Notes under the pieces: generated by a model
Told to the model about the DNA's origin: nothing
Seen by the model: the letters and a program-made list of their open reading frames with translations, nothing else
The model's database searches: none
Translations under genes and position numbers: made by a program
Shown here: positions 47,012 through 63,390 of the stretch, piece after piece
Layout: each line of letters starts with the position of its first letter
Numbering within the stretch: the stretch's first letter is position 1
Source of the DNA: Entomortierella parvispora E1425
Lineage: Eukaryota; Fungi; Mortierellomycota
DNA length: 64,000 bases
Assembly (NCBI GenBank): GCA_020891255.1
Contig: BQFW01000002.1
Coordinates: forward strand, 1,364,001-1,428,000
Direction of reading: 5' to 3'

Positions 47012-49926
47012 TTATTGTGAAGCGTTGGTGGCCCGTCGCCATTCTCCGACCGCATCTCGGAGTCGACTCCTCTTTTCATCATGACCGACCATAATGGGGG
47101 CTGGCAAAGGGTTGGTGCGGTAGTGCATGTGCATGGCCTGATGTTTCGTTCCCGTGCCCGCGCTCACGTTCATAGCAGCAGACTTTTGTGTATTGACCTT
47201 CATCATTGTTGGGAAGGGGTAGACCTGCCCATTCAACGTCAGTGGGAAAGTCGGAGACGGTGTTGATGCCTGCGAGGATGAAGAGTGGCTGCTGGACCAT
47301 CCCGACAAAGTTGGGGTGGAAGATCGAACACTGCTCAACGTCGTCTCTGAAGGATGAGAAGACGACATGATCGAATTCGACGACGGGTAACGTTGAGGAC
47401 TCATAGGACGAAGATGCTGTTGTTGGAGGGGTTGAGGTCGGTTGCTCTCGGTTTGCTGAACCTGACTGACCGACTTTTTGCGGAGGACAGAGTTGAGGAA
47501 AAAGTCATCGTCGCAGTTCTCGTCAATGATGTAGGGTGAAAGTGGAGGCTCCTCCGCCGTCTTGGTCTGTGTATCGATCTTTAGACCTCCCTGTTTTCCT
47601 TTTTGTTGCTCTTCCTCTTGATCCGCTTCTTCTTCTTCAGCATCTTCTTCTTCCTCGTACTCGACCTCAAAATTATAGAGAGACACCTGCTGTTTCTCTG
47701 TCCCTGTCGAGGTGGCCTTCTTGGCTTCTGTTGTTGCGACCTTGTCAGAGGTGGATGAACAAGAGGATCGTCGAGCCTTCGACACCGTGTTGTCGGACTG
47801 GAGATTCCGTAGATACTCTGGATTGGTGGGGGTAGGTCCAAGGGCCGACATCTCAATTTCCATCACCTCCACAACTTCGACTTCCTCCTCTTCCTCCTCT
47901 TCTTCCTGTTCCTCCTCAACCTCGCTCACCTCTGGCAGGGGCAGGGACTCTTGTGATCCCTTGGTCGAAATGGGCGATGCGACCAAGTCCTCCACACTGC
48001 TGCAGCTGTCCGAGCTCAAGCCCTCTGCTTTGGACAGGGGGGTATGACTGCTTGTACTTCCAGATCGACTCGATCGTGTGGACGAAGGTGAGAGCTTGCC
48101 TCGCTCCGTCACTTGACCCGCCATTGTCGGTGAGAGGGACGTATGAAGGAATTTCGGAACCAATTTACCCAAAAACTTTGTGGACCGTTTCTTGTTCAGT
48201 TTGGAGGAAGTGGAAGAGAGTTGGGTGCTGTGGGATTTGATGCTGCTGGTGTCCGTGCTATCCTGGGTCGAGATCGAATGGACGACTTCACTGAAACTGC
48301 TCTTGCGGACGCCCATCTTGTGCAAGAAGGACCCCTTGACGGTGGCGGCGGAGGGCATGGTGGTTTTGGCAGCGGGGGAGGAGGCTGAAAAGGTTGAATC
48401 GTCTTTGGGGAGGGTGGAGGAGGGAGAGGACGCGGATTGTAGAGCAGAGGAGGAAGAGGATTCCTCATCAGCTGTGGTGGCCTTTATAGGGTCCTGCTCT
48501 TTGGATGGATCTGATACGGATTCATGCACAAGATGCGTAACGGTCGCATTCAGACAGTCAGGGGTTATTGCAGCGCCTGTTTGACCCTTGGCGTCGTCCT
48601 TGGAACCGTCCGCTCGAACATCCTGCGTCGTTTCATCTGTCACCGGGCCATCTTGACCCGATTTCACCTTGGGCGTTGGTGCATGATTGGGCGTGATTCC
48701 CTGAACAACAGATGAAGTGTAGAGAGAGCAAGAGAGGAGAAATAGAGAAAAAGGGAACCAATAAACAGTCAGTACCCATTTTTTTTTGGGCATTGAGGAG
48801 TATATGATGTATGTACATCAGGGGAACGGAGCTTCAGGGTCAAAGATGTCAAACAAATCGCACAGCGCGATAGACGCGTTTTCCCTTCAAAAAATGAAAA
48901 AAAAATAAGCAAAGAGCCATTGTTCCATGGACTCACCTCCTCATTTACCGACTTGCCTAGATCGCTGTCTAGATTGTTCGCGACAAAAGACGACGTCGTT
49001 GCCGTGGTCGCGACAGACGAGATGGTGGTGGTGTTACTGAGGGACAATGTTGTTCCCGCCGAGATCGATTCTTCTTTTGCGTCATCTTGATAAGGAGTGT
49101 CATTGGCCTTGGGGCGCACAATGGGCAAAATGGGCGAGTCAAGATCCGTCTGTTGACGTAGCACTGCCAAGATGCCGTAAACAAGGCTGCTCCCGCCGTT
49201 CTCGCTCTGATGCTTCCTGTGACAGTGGGGAGATGACAGCGTCTGAGGGTCGACTGTGAGCTTACCGTCGCCACCACTTGTCAGGGCCCTGGGTCGGGTT
49301 GAGAGCGTAGAGGGGGTGCAGGTCAATGCTGAAGGGGAAGAAGAAGAAGCAGCTAATGATGTTGATTCTGTCATCGAGGTCGCACAAGACAAAGAGTTTT
49401 GTTGAGCTCGGTGTGGATCGAGGAATGTGTCTGGACTGTGGTTCAAGTCTCTGTTAGGATGGGTGCTACTGCTGTTCTTGCTATCATCCTCCACGGGACT
49501 TTGGACAAGTGACATGGTCATGCCTGACGACGTTGTGGAGGTGGCTGTCGTCGTGGTAGTTGTGGAAATGGACAGGGGTTCAGTAATCACGGGCGTGATC
49601 CCAAGGAGGTCAGGTTGAAGACTGCCCGTTCTTGACACGGTATTAGAAGAAGAGGAGGTGGTGGTGGAGGGCCGCTTCTTGTGGTTGTGAGAAGATCGCC
49701 AATTGTTGGCAAGGGCATCGAATGAATTATGTTGACTTTGGTGAAGGGACGACAATGAGGAGGAAGATCGGGGACGGTAGCTCTCTTCACCCTCTGCGAA
49801 CGAGGTCGGAGGGTGTGTGCGCTCGAAAGCATTGCTGGAGAGTCGTCTGGCTCGGCTGAGGATGGCCTCTGCAGCGTGAGAAGATGGAGTGGATGCGGTC
49901 GATGGTGCTGAAGTGGATGCAAGCAT
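47012..49926 (-). CDS. Ser/Thr-rich, largely disordered hypothetical protein; exons about 49926-48937 and 48700-47012
   Basis: Two long ORFs joined by a GTGAGT...CAG intron in phase. Short helical C-terminal motif HDEKRSRLRDAVGEWRRA. Confidence 0.65.
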
Positions 49927-52561
49927 TGTGTGTGATACAGAAGAGGGATGAATGGGAACGCGTCGTGAGTGTTGCAGTCGTGGGGCTGGGGGGATATATG
50001 TTGCCGGGGACTGCAGGGATAGGCACAGCGAGTGAGAGTAAGGAGTGGAGTGGAATTAGCAATGAAGAGAACAAAGGAAGAAAAGGAAGAAACAAAGGGA
50101 AAAGGTCAAAGAAAGAAAAAGAAAAAAAGAAATGAAAGGGCCCAAGCCCATCCATGCGCGTTGACCTCTCTCGCGCCCTTCGTTTATTCTTTTGCTTCTG
50201 AAGTGCAATGGATGGATGCTGGCCCATGGTGGAATGACAATGCACTTCAATGCAGTTTTTTTTTTTCGTTGCATTGGCATCACTCTCATTAGCATTCGTG
50301 GCACCACCTCCTTGTTTGCACTGCTGCTGGTTGCAACGGCCGCTCTTTTATTATTCGGCATATGCAATGGTGCATTAATGGTCCATGACTCTGCTCCGTC
50401 CCAATTGCGTGCACTTTTCTGCTCTGTCTCCTTTTTTTTTCTCTTCTGTCTTTCCTTCTGTTTCTTTCAAATGCAGCCCATCGATGGAGGTCCTTCCCTT
50501 TCACTTATGGTCAGCACCTCCATCATCGCCGTCATCACAGGCTGATCCCTTTGTCTCCATTATAAGAAATGTGGTGTTCATCCTGATCAATTGCGTAAGG
50601 GGTGAGAGAGCGCAAAGTCGGAGACCCATCCGCCGACAATGTTTGCTCAGATAACAAAATGGACAAGGGTCCACCCCAACTGCGCGTCCGCCTTCGTTTC
50701 TGAGCGCCACAGCTCAACAGACAAAAACAACAAAACAAAACACAAAAAAAAACCAGCACGTCCTTCGAGGCGACAATCTACCCTTCATCTTTTTTTTTCT
50801 TTGTGTTCGTGCAACTCGTGTGTGTTTGCATCCAAGAATAGAGACGAGCGCAAAAGATTACACATAAACAGCAGGAGGGCTTTCCTTTTTCCTCTGTCCA
50901 GATCATAATGTCCCCCGTCGTTTGCTCCCTCGGGATTCCTCTTGGCCTTTGTCAATGCAGCCAAAAAGACAGCCCCGTCCCCCATAAGCTTATTTCCGTC
51001 ATTGCAGGTCTCGTTGGCCTTTTGGGCCTTGCTGCACTGCATGTCCTTCCATGTCCTTCTAAATTGCCGACAATAGGCGACAGAGATCGAAAGAGAATAA
51101 CAACAAAAAAAAAGGGACAACCCACACCCAGCATGATCCTGCATCCCGCCTGTCCTGTCCTTGTTACCTTCTCCTCCATCCCGCCATGATGGAAACTTGA
51201 CTGATGATCGGGTCCTTGATCAGAAAGGGCTATGTTCACATTCTTTGTTCGCCCCCTGCCGCGTCCCAGAAATAGAACAAGGGTTTTGTGTGCACACAAA
51301 AGAAAACGGCCCGTCGTTGACGGGCGGGTTCCTGTTTTTTTGCAACGTTTGGTCCCCCTTTCGATCGTAATCCAACCCTTCTTGCCATGTGGTAGGACCG
51401 AGAGGGTGCGCTTGGACCAAGGACAATTCTTTCCCTTGCTCAAAATACTTGACTAGCGTCTTTACCTTTTTCCACGGAACAATCTGCTCCTAGACGTGTG
51501 ATGGTTGACGTGATTGACGCCCATTTATTTACCAAGGATAGAAGCTCAGATTTTGGAGAAACCATGGTGTATGTACCTCTGCCAACAAGAATATCGCCAT
51601 GGCTGTTTGCTATTCTTGTCACGCCGATATGGCCACAGCTATTTTCTTTCTTGTCGCATTTGGCTCCATCCCAGGGAAACAGAACCGACAGAGAAGACAA
51701 GAAATAGAGGACAAGAAATAGAGGACAAGTGAAAGAAAAGAGAGCCAAAGGATAGTCTCACAAGTTCCATCGACAACAGACCAGACAGTGCGAGAGCTTA
51801 AGGCGTTCTCTAGGAATAAACGCGAGCAACATGGTGGTCTAGAGCTCATGAACAAGGCTGCCAGCGCGCCCCTTTCAGTTCTGGTGGTGGTTGGTACCAT
51901 TGCAATACGCCCAACAAGCATCCTAATAATGAACCTGACACACTCCAATTCTGGACAGCAGAAACCGAAATGTCGCGGTGTTGGGCGTACTGCTATTGTT
52001 CTGTTCTTGGGAGACAGAGAGAGAGAGGCTGAGGAAGAGGACTATGAAACTATTTTGGGCACTCATCGCTTCAATCGGCCCCCCGCATACATGTAGATGT
52101 AGATGGAACCCTGATTTTGCTGTCGCTATCACTGAACACGGTCTGTCTGGGCGTGGTCTCGTAGACAACTCTGGTGCCTGTTTATCTGGGGTCATCACAG
52201 CAGGAGAAGAGGGTTCCTTCAAGGATCTTGAGTGACCGACCTGGAAACGTTCTATAGGGCTCTCAAAGCGTGACGGTCACTGAGAAGAGTCACCCACCCT
52301 CGTTTTTGGTCGGACGGACGATCGACCCCTTTCATGCAAGAGAAGCATCTCCGAAAACGGCAGGACCCCGCCCCTCGGTGCAGATCAGGGACGGGCAGCC
52401 TGGCGGGCACCGAAAACACAAACAGGACATGAGACATTGTTGCAGCCATCGCGCTCGTTATAGTGCAGGTCAGCGCCCTTTCTTATTTTTGTCCAGTTCA
52501 ACATCATCATTTATTGATTACACCCAGACACAGGCACACGACTGGCGATAATGATGAAGGG

Positions 52562-52673
52562 AAGTCAATCCCCGGTAAACTGCCAAGGCTGCCAGCTTCC
52601 GTGCGTCGTCATATGAAAGAAAGTCAATCCCTGGTAAACTGCCAAGGCTGCCAGCTTCTGTGCGCCGTCATAT
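52562..52673. repeat. 59-bp-period direct duplication in the CotH promoter
   Basis: AAGTCAATCCCYGGTAAACTGCCAAGGCTGCCAGCTTCYGTGCGYCGTCATAT at 52562-52614 and 52621-52673; 3 mismatches in 53 bp. Confidence 0.95.
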
Positions 52674-52678
52674 AAATA
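52671..52678 (+). promoter_or_regulatory. TATA box of the CotH gene
   Basis: TATAAATA about 140 bp upstream of ATG 52812. Confidence 0.6.
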
Positions 52679-52811
52679 CAGGCCACGCCCTTCAAGTCAG
52701 AAACCTCCATCTCCGTTTTCTCTATTGACCCTCCCCTTTGCCCTATCATCGATTGTCCTTCCTCCTCTCTCCCCATCCCCCCTTTCTCTCACACGAATAC
52801 CCTCGTCAGCA

Positions 52812-54784
52812 ATGAAGATCCTTCTCGGTCTCGCTGCTTTGGCGTCTGTCGCCTACGCTGACAGTAAGTCCCTCTCTCCTTCCTTCCCCTCAGTCCTTTG
52901 CAGGATGATCACCTCAACGACACCCACCATTGCCACTGTTCATTTCCTATGAACCCTTCAATCCAACACCTTTCTTTGCCCCTTCTAGTCACATTCAACG
53001 TTGTCGGATACCCATCCACAGCCAACGGCGCCTTTGGTGTTTCCATTGGCGGCAAGGTTACACTCTTGAAAACCAACGAAACCATGTTCCCCGTCTGGTC
53101 GGGCGCCATCCCTGGCACCACCAGCGCCGTCGAATATTCCTATGTCGAGCTCGCTTCGTCCACATCCGACACCGTGGTCAAGACCGAACCTTTTGTCCGG
53201 AAACTTCAGGACCCCAAAGAGACCAGCACCGATAACGAGTTTTTTGAGCGTCAGACGACCGTCTGGGATCTCCCCAAGGTCCCCTATACCTACTTGGCTA
53301 CCTTCCCCTCAGCGTCCAAGGCCTTCAAGGAGAAGCAGATCGCCACGATCCACATCACAGCCCCCAAGGCCCAAATGGACGAGATGAACAAGAACACGCA
53401 GGGTCAGGAAGAGTACCAGGTCGATTTCCGTTTCATCAACGCAAAGACCATCCACTCCCAGCGCAACATCACGTTCAAGTTGTCGGGCAAGTCCTCCAGA
53501 GAGCATTCCAAACAGGCTTACAAGTTCAAGTTTGACACCACATCGGCCGAGACAGGGGGAGCCGACCAGAGCTTTTTCCATCGACCCAACATCAAGCTGC
53601 GATCCATGGTCATGGACCCGACTTGTATGCGCGAGAAGCTTTACATTGACATGTTGAACTCTGTGGGCGTTCCGACTCAACAGGGCGCCTGGGTTCGCTT
53701 GTTTGTGAACAATGAGCCCAGAGGTTTGTACCTGATGGTCGATGATATCAAAAAGTCCTTCTTGAAGCAGACCGTCCATGGAGGAAACGGCACCGTTGAG
53801 AGAGGCACGTTGATCCAAATGAACGCTTATGAAGAAGACAACGGCAAGGCCTTCAAGGCCGATCTTGTCTACAAGGGTCCTCTCTCGGCGGATTACCCCT
53901 CTTATGCCTATCTGGAGGGATATCTCGGCAAGAACAGCCCCTCGACCAAGGCGGAGCCCTTGAAGGAGATCATTGACTTTATGAAGGACCTTCAAGATTT
54001 CAACCCTCAGACAACTCCCAACCCTGTCGAGTACATAAACTCGCGTTTGGATCTTGATGGTTTCCTCCGCAACATGGCCTTGGAATACCTCGCTGGTGCT
54101 TTTGATAACTACTGGTTCTCGGCCTCCAACTACTTTATGTACAAGAACCCCACCTTGTCCGCTGCGGGCAAGTGGCAATGGCTTCCTACGGATTTCGACG
54201 GTACCTTTGGAAACGGCGCTCCCTCTTCGACTTTGGACAGCTACAAAAAGTGGAACGATGAACTCAACACTGGGAAAGCCGACCACCCTCTTGTCGGAAA
54301 GCTCATCCTCCAAAACAAGGAGATCAATGCCCAATTCGAAAAGATCCTGCAAGAGATTGTCCAGACCGCGTTCAAGCCCGAGGCGCTTTTGCCCCGAATC
54401 CAGGCCTACCACAAGATGTTGTACTTGGATGCCCAATGGGACTATTCGCTCAAGCGCGTCAGCCCTGGATTGGACAATGGCTATACCTTCGACGACTTTA
54501 AGAACAACTTGGATACTCGTACCAAGGATATGAGCTACTCGCTCAATGGTTGGGTCACGGACATGGCTGCTTTGGTCGCCAAGGAGCTCAACTTTGTTAT
54601 CCCCGCAGGTCTTGAGGACAGAGTCAAGCCTCCTCCCAAGAAGGACAACGAGGCTGGTAATGACCAGGAAGATTCTGGCAAGAAGGGAGAGTCCAAGGGA
54701 AAGGAGAACGCCGCCGGTGCGCTTCAGGTCAGCAGCGCGGCTTTCTCGGCTGCCGTGCTCGCTGTCGTTGCTCTTTTGATTTAA
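52812..54784 (+). CDS. cotH: Secreted GPI-anchored CotH-family kinase (spore coat/invasin-like); exons 52812-52864 and 52989-54784
   Basis: Signal peptide MKILLGLAALASVAYA; NIKLRS..MDPT.MREKL, GLYLMVD, DNYW..ASNYFMY, WLPTDFDGTFG; hydrophobic GPI signal tail. Confidence 0.92.
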
Positions 54785-55026
54785 ATGGGATTCCCTACCT
54801 TTCCCACCTTTTCGTAATCAACAATGCACCCTGCACGAAAAAAGGTCATCTTTGCATAATAAAAAAAAAAAAAAAACACCAAAACTATAACAAAGGAGAG
54901 ACTCGTTGTTCTTTGGAGAAGGGATACGGAAATATTATTTTGAATGTGTAAAAACTAAAAAAGGCCGAGCGATCAGGGAAGAGTAGGAGAGGATGGCTCT
55001 GGAGAGCAGATTAGGGCTTGAAGAAC

Positions 55027-56748
55027 TCACGCGTTTGTCGGGGTCGTCTCGATCGCAGCGGTCGTCGACGTGGTGGGGGGCGAGACTTGACCATCGCGCG
55101 TATAACGAAGAGAAGACTTTTGTGTCAAAGCAGGGGCCACGACGGTGGAGGGGGATCCGACAGAGGCCGTCGTTGCCGAGGTGGGCGAGGGGCTGTCCAA
55201 AACGGTGGACTCACGCGTGTGATAGTGGTCGCCCGTCATGTCGGTGTCCAAAGGGGTCAAACCTGAAGCTGAAGGATGGTGCAGGGCGTTGTTGTTGTTG
55301 TTGTTCAAGGAAGAGGAGGAGGAAAAAGTAGATGTCGTCTTGGCTGGCAGGGGAGCAGGTGAAACGGAAGAGGAAGAAGCAGTAACATCCAAGAGTTGGT
55401 CCTTCAAATCTTTGTTTTCCGATTCGAGATTGTTGACATATTCGGACGCCTGAGCGTGCTGCATTCGCAGGGCCTGGTACCGTGCCACCAGTTTCGGGTG
55501 CTCGACCGAGATGTCGTAACCCACACTGTTGATCGAGGAGGCCATCGAGGGGTGGCCACGGGTGATGGTGCTGGGCACACTTCTGCTGCCCAGACCATGC
55601 GCACTGGCCGTGTTGAAACTCTGGTTCGAGGTCGAGTTGGAGACTGTGTTGCCATTGGTGTCCTCGCCAGCCTTGTTTTCTGGATGGTCGCTGTTGTTGC
55701 TGCTAAACATGATCTTGTCACCATCGGCCATGGATGCGGCCGCGACTGCAGAGGCTGCTGCTGCTGCCACAATGGCGGATTCAGACGCCTCCTTGGCGCG
55801 TTGTTGTTCCAAATGGGCCAGGTTTGCCTGCAGTTTTTCCAGTTGCTGATGAAGGGACTGGATTTTCTCATCCTTGCGAGCATTCTCCTCCCTGAGCTCC
55901 TTCATTTGCGCCGTCGTGGTTTCTGAAGCGTGATGGTGGTTGTTGTGGTGGCCCCCTCCGCTACCAGAAGTGGAGCCCCCATCCTGAAGGATCGTCGAAG
56001 AGCGAACACTTTCCGTCAGCTCAGTGCTGCTGCGACTGTTCCTGAACCCACCCAAGGTGCTCCCCGTCAAGGGTCCACTGGCCCCGCCGGTGCTGCCACC
56101 GTTGCCGCCACTCAGGATCGACATGCGTCTGTAATCCATGATCTCATTCTCCAACAAATTGATGTGCTTCAACTTTGTCATTTGTTCTTTGGTCTGATAC
56201 TGCAGTTTGTTTTGCAAGGCCTCACATTCCGCCGTCTTGGCCAACAGATCGAATTCACACCGTTGGATATGTTGACCGAGCTCATGGATCTCGACCGCCT
56301 TGCGTTCCTGCGAGATCTTGGCCTCCAAGTTCTTGGCATGGATTTGTCGGTGTGCCAGAATGAGTTCTTCCTTCAACCCGGTGAGGTACCGTTCCAGCTC
56401 GACAATCTTGGCCCGCATGGTCACGTTGTCGGCATTCAGTTTTTTAGTGTTGCCAAAACTGGGGAACCTCTTCAGGCCACTGTCAGAATTGCTGGCGTTG
56501 CTACCGGTACTGTGGATCGGGCTGCGGCTGTGGCTGCTCAGATGATGGCCACCATAGAGCGCAGAGGTAGAGGTAGAACCGACGGCATGGTGGTAATGGT
56601 CCCTTCCGTTAAGATTGGGATGATAGAGTACACTGGAGCCCAGGGACGTGATTCTGTTGGAGCTGTTGCTGGTCGCGCCGAGCGATGGTGTGGTCGGTTC
56701 GTGTTGTGTGCCGGGGACAAGGATCGGCGCAGAGATGTGCTGCATCAT
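55027..56748 (-). CDS. 573-aa coiled-coil hypothetical protein
   Basis: Long ORF with three heptad-like segments (MRAKIVELERYLTGLKEEL..., QMKELREENARKDEKI..., LVARYQALRMQHAQASEYV...). Confidence 0.75.
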   Translation of the reverse strand: MMQHISAPILVPGTQHEPTTPSLGATSNSSNRITSLGSSVLYHPNLNGRDHYHHAVGSTSTSALYGGHHLSSHSRSPIHSTGSNASNSDSGLKRFPSFGNTKKLNADNVTMRAKIVELERYLTGLKEELILAHRQIHAKNLEAKISQERKAVEIHELGQHIQRCEFDLLAKTAECEALQNKLQYQTKEQMTKLKHINLLENEIMDYRRMSILSGGNGGSTGGASGPLTGSTLGGFRNSRSSTELTESVRSSTILQDGGSTSGSGGGHHNNHHHASETTTAQMKELREENARKDEKIQSLHQQLEKLQANLAHLEQQRAKEASESAIVAAAAASAVAAASMADGDKIMFSSNNSDHPENKAGEDTNGNTVSNSTSNQSFNTASAHGLGSRSVPSTITRGHPSMASSINSVGYDISVEHPKLVARYQALRMQHAQASEYVNNLESENKDLKDQLLDVTASSSSVSPAPLPAKTTSTFSSSSSLNNNNNNALHHPSASGLTPLDTDMTGDHYHTRESTVLDSPSPTSATTASVGSPSTVVAPALTQKSSLRYTRDGQVSPPTTSTTAAIETTPTNA

Positions 56749-57557
56749 TCTTTTTCCTATATCGCTCTCTCTCTTTTTGTTGAACGCAAGGTGGGTTAAT
56801 TAGACGGGATCAGGAACAAAATGAAGATACAGAAAAAATGAATGAAAGAGAGGGAAGAGAGAGTTCTAAGGGAGCAGGTCTCTACTAAAAAGAATAAAAG
56901 AAAAAAAGGGAGGAGGAAGAGGAAGAGGTAGAGGAGGAGAAGAAAGATCGGGAAATACTTGTAAATTATACAAAAGTGGTGTAGGTGTGGCGATGGTGGT
57001 GGTTATCTACGGTATGGGTAATGAATGAACGGTCCCCTTTTTTCTGGTTTTGACCAAGTCTGGATGGGGCCCTTTGTTGGACGGTGGATGGGGCCCAATA
57101 CAGAGAGCCGGAAGAGAGGAGGGGAGAGGAGGGGGTAGAAGGAGAAAGAAACGCGATCAGGATCAAGACGTACCAAAGAAAAAAAAAGGATGAAAGTGTC
57201 AAGAAAGGTTGCAGAGGGGCAGATGAAAAAAGAGGAAAAGGTTGTAAAGGTCGGCAACCTCTTACTGCACCCTTTAGCTGAGAACTTGCAGACGTTGTGG
57301 TCAATGGCCTGACACGACAGAGCCTCACACAAGACCCTTTTTGCGACAAGGATGAGTGAGATGAGAAGAAGGGACAAGTGCACAAAGCACGCAAACAACA
57401 TTGACGCCTGCACAGGCTCATGCATTTTAGTCAGTCAGTCAATCCTTCCTAATTGTCCTGTCGTCCTTTGCTCCTCCTGGTAAAAAAGGTCCAGGAGGTG
57501 GACTTCATTTCATCTGTGCTTTTTTTTTCTCCTTCTCACCTTCTCTTTACCACTTTT

Positions 57558-57560
<3 letters not shown>

Positions 57561-57600
<40 letters not shown>
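57561..57600. repeat. (CT)20 microsatellite
   Basis: Perfect dinucleotide run. Confidence 0.95.
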
Positions 57601-57608
<8 letters not shown>

Positions 57609-58721
57609 TCGCATTTCAGTCGACGCGTTTAGTCACCCGCTCCCTTTGCGAGCAATTGGGTATAGCTATTGTTTTGGGGGTGAATACAACAAACAACGTC
57701 AACATTGAAAACTGAGCCAACAAGAGCCAATTGGGCATGAGCCAAGTGAGTTGGTGTGGACAGAGGTCCGAGAGCCGTCAAAGTCAACAAACACACTGAA
57801 GCGAAGCCGCATGGTCTAACGAAAAAGAGCTGCCGAAATGCCCATTGCAGAAAAAAAAATGTTTGTGTCTTCCCGCGCAATGAACCACCACCATCCGTGC
57901 CCGGGTCGCGTTTCTTTTTTTTTTTTTTTTTTTTTTTTGACATGACTCCCAAACTCTGATCATCTCCGCGTTTCCCATATTCACCAACAAAGAGACATGT
58001 TCTACATTGGGCATTTCCTTTCCCTTCCTTTCTACCTTCCTTGCTTTCCTCCTTTCTTTCTTACTTTCTGTCTGTCTCACTTGCCCAACTCTTACTCATG
58101 CGTTCTCTCTACAGGAGCCGTGAATGGGAAACATGACATCAAAAACGCAAAAGACTCGCACCTCGTGGCACGCCTCATTTTGGACCAAGGAAATTAGGAA
58201 AACGGCAACAGCCCGAGAAAAGAGCATCACAAACAACAAACAACACAACAGGTCTTTCAGTTCACCTGCTGCTCTCTGCCAGAAAAAAACCGAAAAAAAA
58301 GGTCTCCTTTTTACCAGGAGATCACGTCCTGACGGGTCTCCATCCCAGCCATTCTCCTGCACTTCCTCCCCTTCCCTCTTGCTGTTTCTCTTCATCCTTC
58401 TCCTTCTGCTCAATCCCGCTGGCCAAATGAGAGAGAAAAAAGAAAAAGAAAAAGAGAAAGCACGTTGTTTGTCATCCTCTTCTAGTTCGTTGAAAGTCTC
58501 GCCCTCGGGTCTACATTCTCTTTTGTTCGCCATGAGCACCACAGCTGAATTACCAAATAATATAAAGCTTTATGGTGCGGATGGGGGGTGGGGGTGGTAG
58601 CTACAAACAAAACAAAACGATATTACGACGCCTCTTTTCGACTCATTCTAATGAAAATGTGTACTATGAACAACTTTTTTTTTCTTCTTCGTTAAATCCA
58701 ATCGATTTTCTTGACCTCCCT

Positions 58722-62503
<3,782 letters not shown>

Positions 62504-63033
62504 TGCAGTTGATCCGATGAAGAAGCGGAAATGAGCTCTAGAGGAATCCGGATCAGGACAAGGACGAGAGGGAGAGGGAGAGAGAGGGTGGAGGTTAGTT
62601 GGGGAAGGAAGCAAGCAAAAAGAAAGAAAGAGCGAAGGCGCCGCGCAGGTTGCCAGGTCGAGTCTGGTCGGTCGGAGGTTGGTCCGGTGTCTGGTGTGGT
62701 GTCGATGATGAATCAGATGATGGGGTCATCAGTCTCTCTCTCTCTCTCTTGCTTAGGGGAGATGACAGTGGACAGTGGCCAGTTACCTGAAAGAGACGGA
62801 ATCGATTCTGCGTTCTGGCTAGTGCAAGTAGGGCTTCGGGGAAAGAAGCGAGACTGGCAAGGACCAAGAAGGGAGAGGAAGGAAAGGACAAAGGAAGGGG
62901 ATGATGGAAAGAGATGGAAACAAGATGATGATGATGCGCGTCCCTTTTTTTTTTTTTTTTTTTTTTTTGGGTTCACATTCAACACAAAAAGAAATGCATT
63001 CAGCCTTCAGCCCAGCTTGCTTAGTTCTGTTCT

Positions 63034-63071
<38 letters not shown>

Positions 63072-63106
63072 GTCTCTCTCTGAATGAACCAGTTGCAGTG
63101 CACCAG

Positions 63107-63125
63107 CACATACACATACACATAC

Positions 63126-63156
<31 letters not shown>

Positions 63157-63169
63157 TACCCATACACAT
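63107..63169. repeat. Imperfect (CACATA)n hexanucleotide repeat within an SSR-rich promoter region
   Basis: About 10 units; neighbours (CT)n near 63040 and (TTC)n near 63350-63390. Confidence 0.85.
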
Positions 63170-63349
63170 GCACACAACACCCCCCGAGAAAGACCAGATC
63201 GGGATCACGTGATGCGTCCTTTTTGGCGAGTAGATGTGTGCCTGTGTGCCTGTGCCTGTTTGTGCGTGTCATCGTGGTGGTTGGTGCCTGGTCCTTTCGT
63301 TTCTTTTTTTCTTTTTTATTATTAGCCCATGCTGGCTGGCTTGCTTGCT

Positions 63350-63390
<41 letters not shown>

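Noticed and set aside
51440-52240. Short ORFs and a 14-bp GACAAGAAATAGAG repeat upstream of CotH
   Set aside because: No motifs, no codon bias, no consistent splice structure.
52562-52673. Direct repeats as a CRISPR array or LTR
   Set aside because: Only two units separated by 6 bp, no spacers, no TG...CA ends or internal element.
1318-54784. Apparent enrichment of cell-surface genes (LPMO-like, GH17, tetraspanin, Cps1, CotH) as a cluster
   Set aside because: They are interspersed with housekeeping genes over more than 50 kb and share no visible regulatory motif, so a cluster is not supported.
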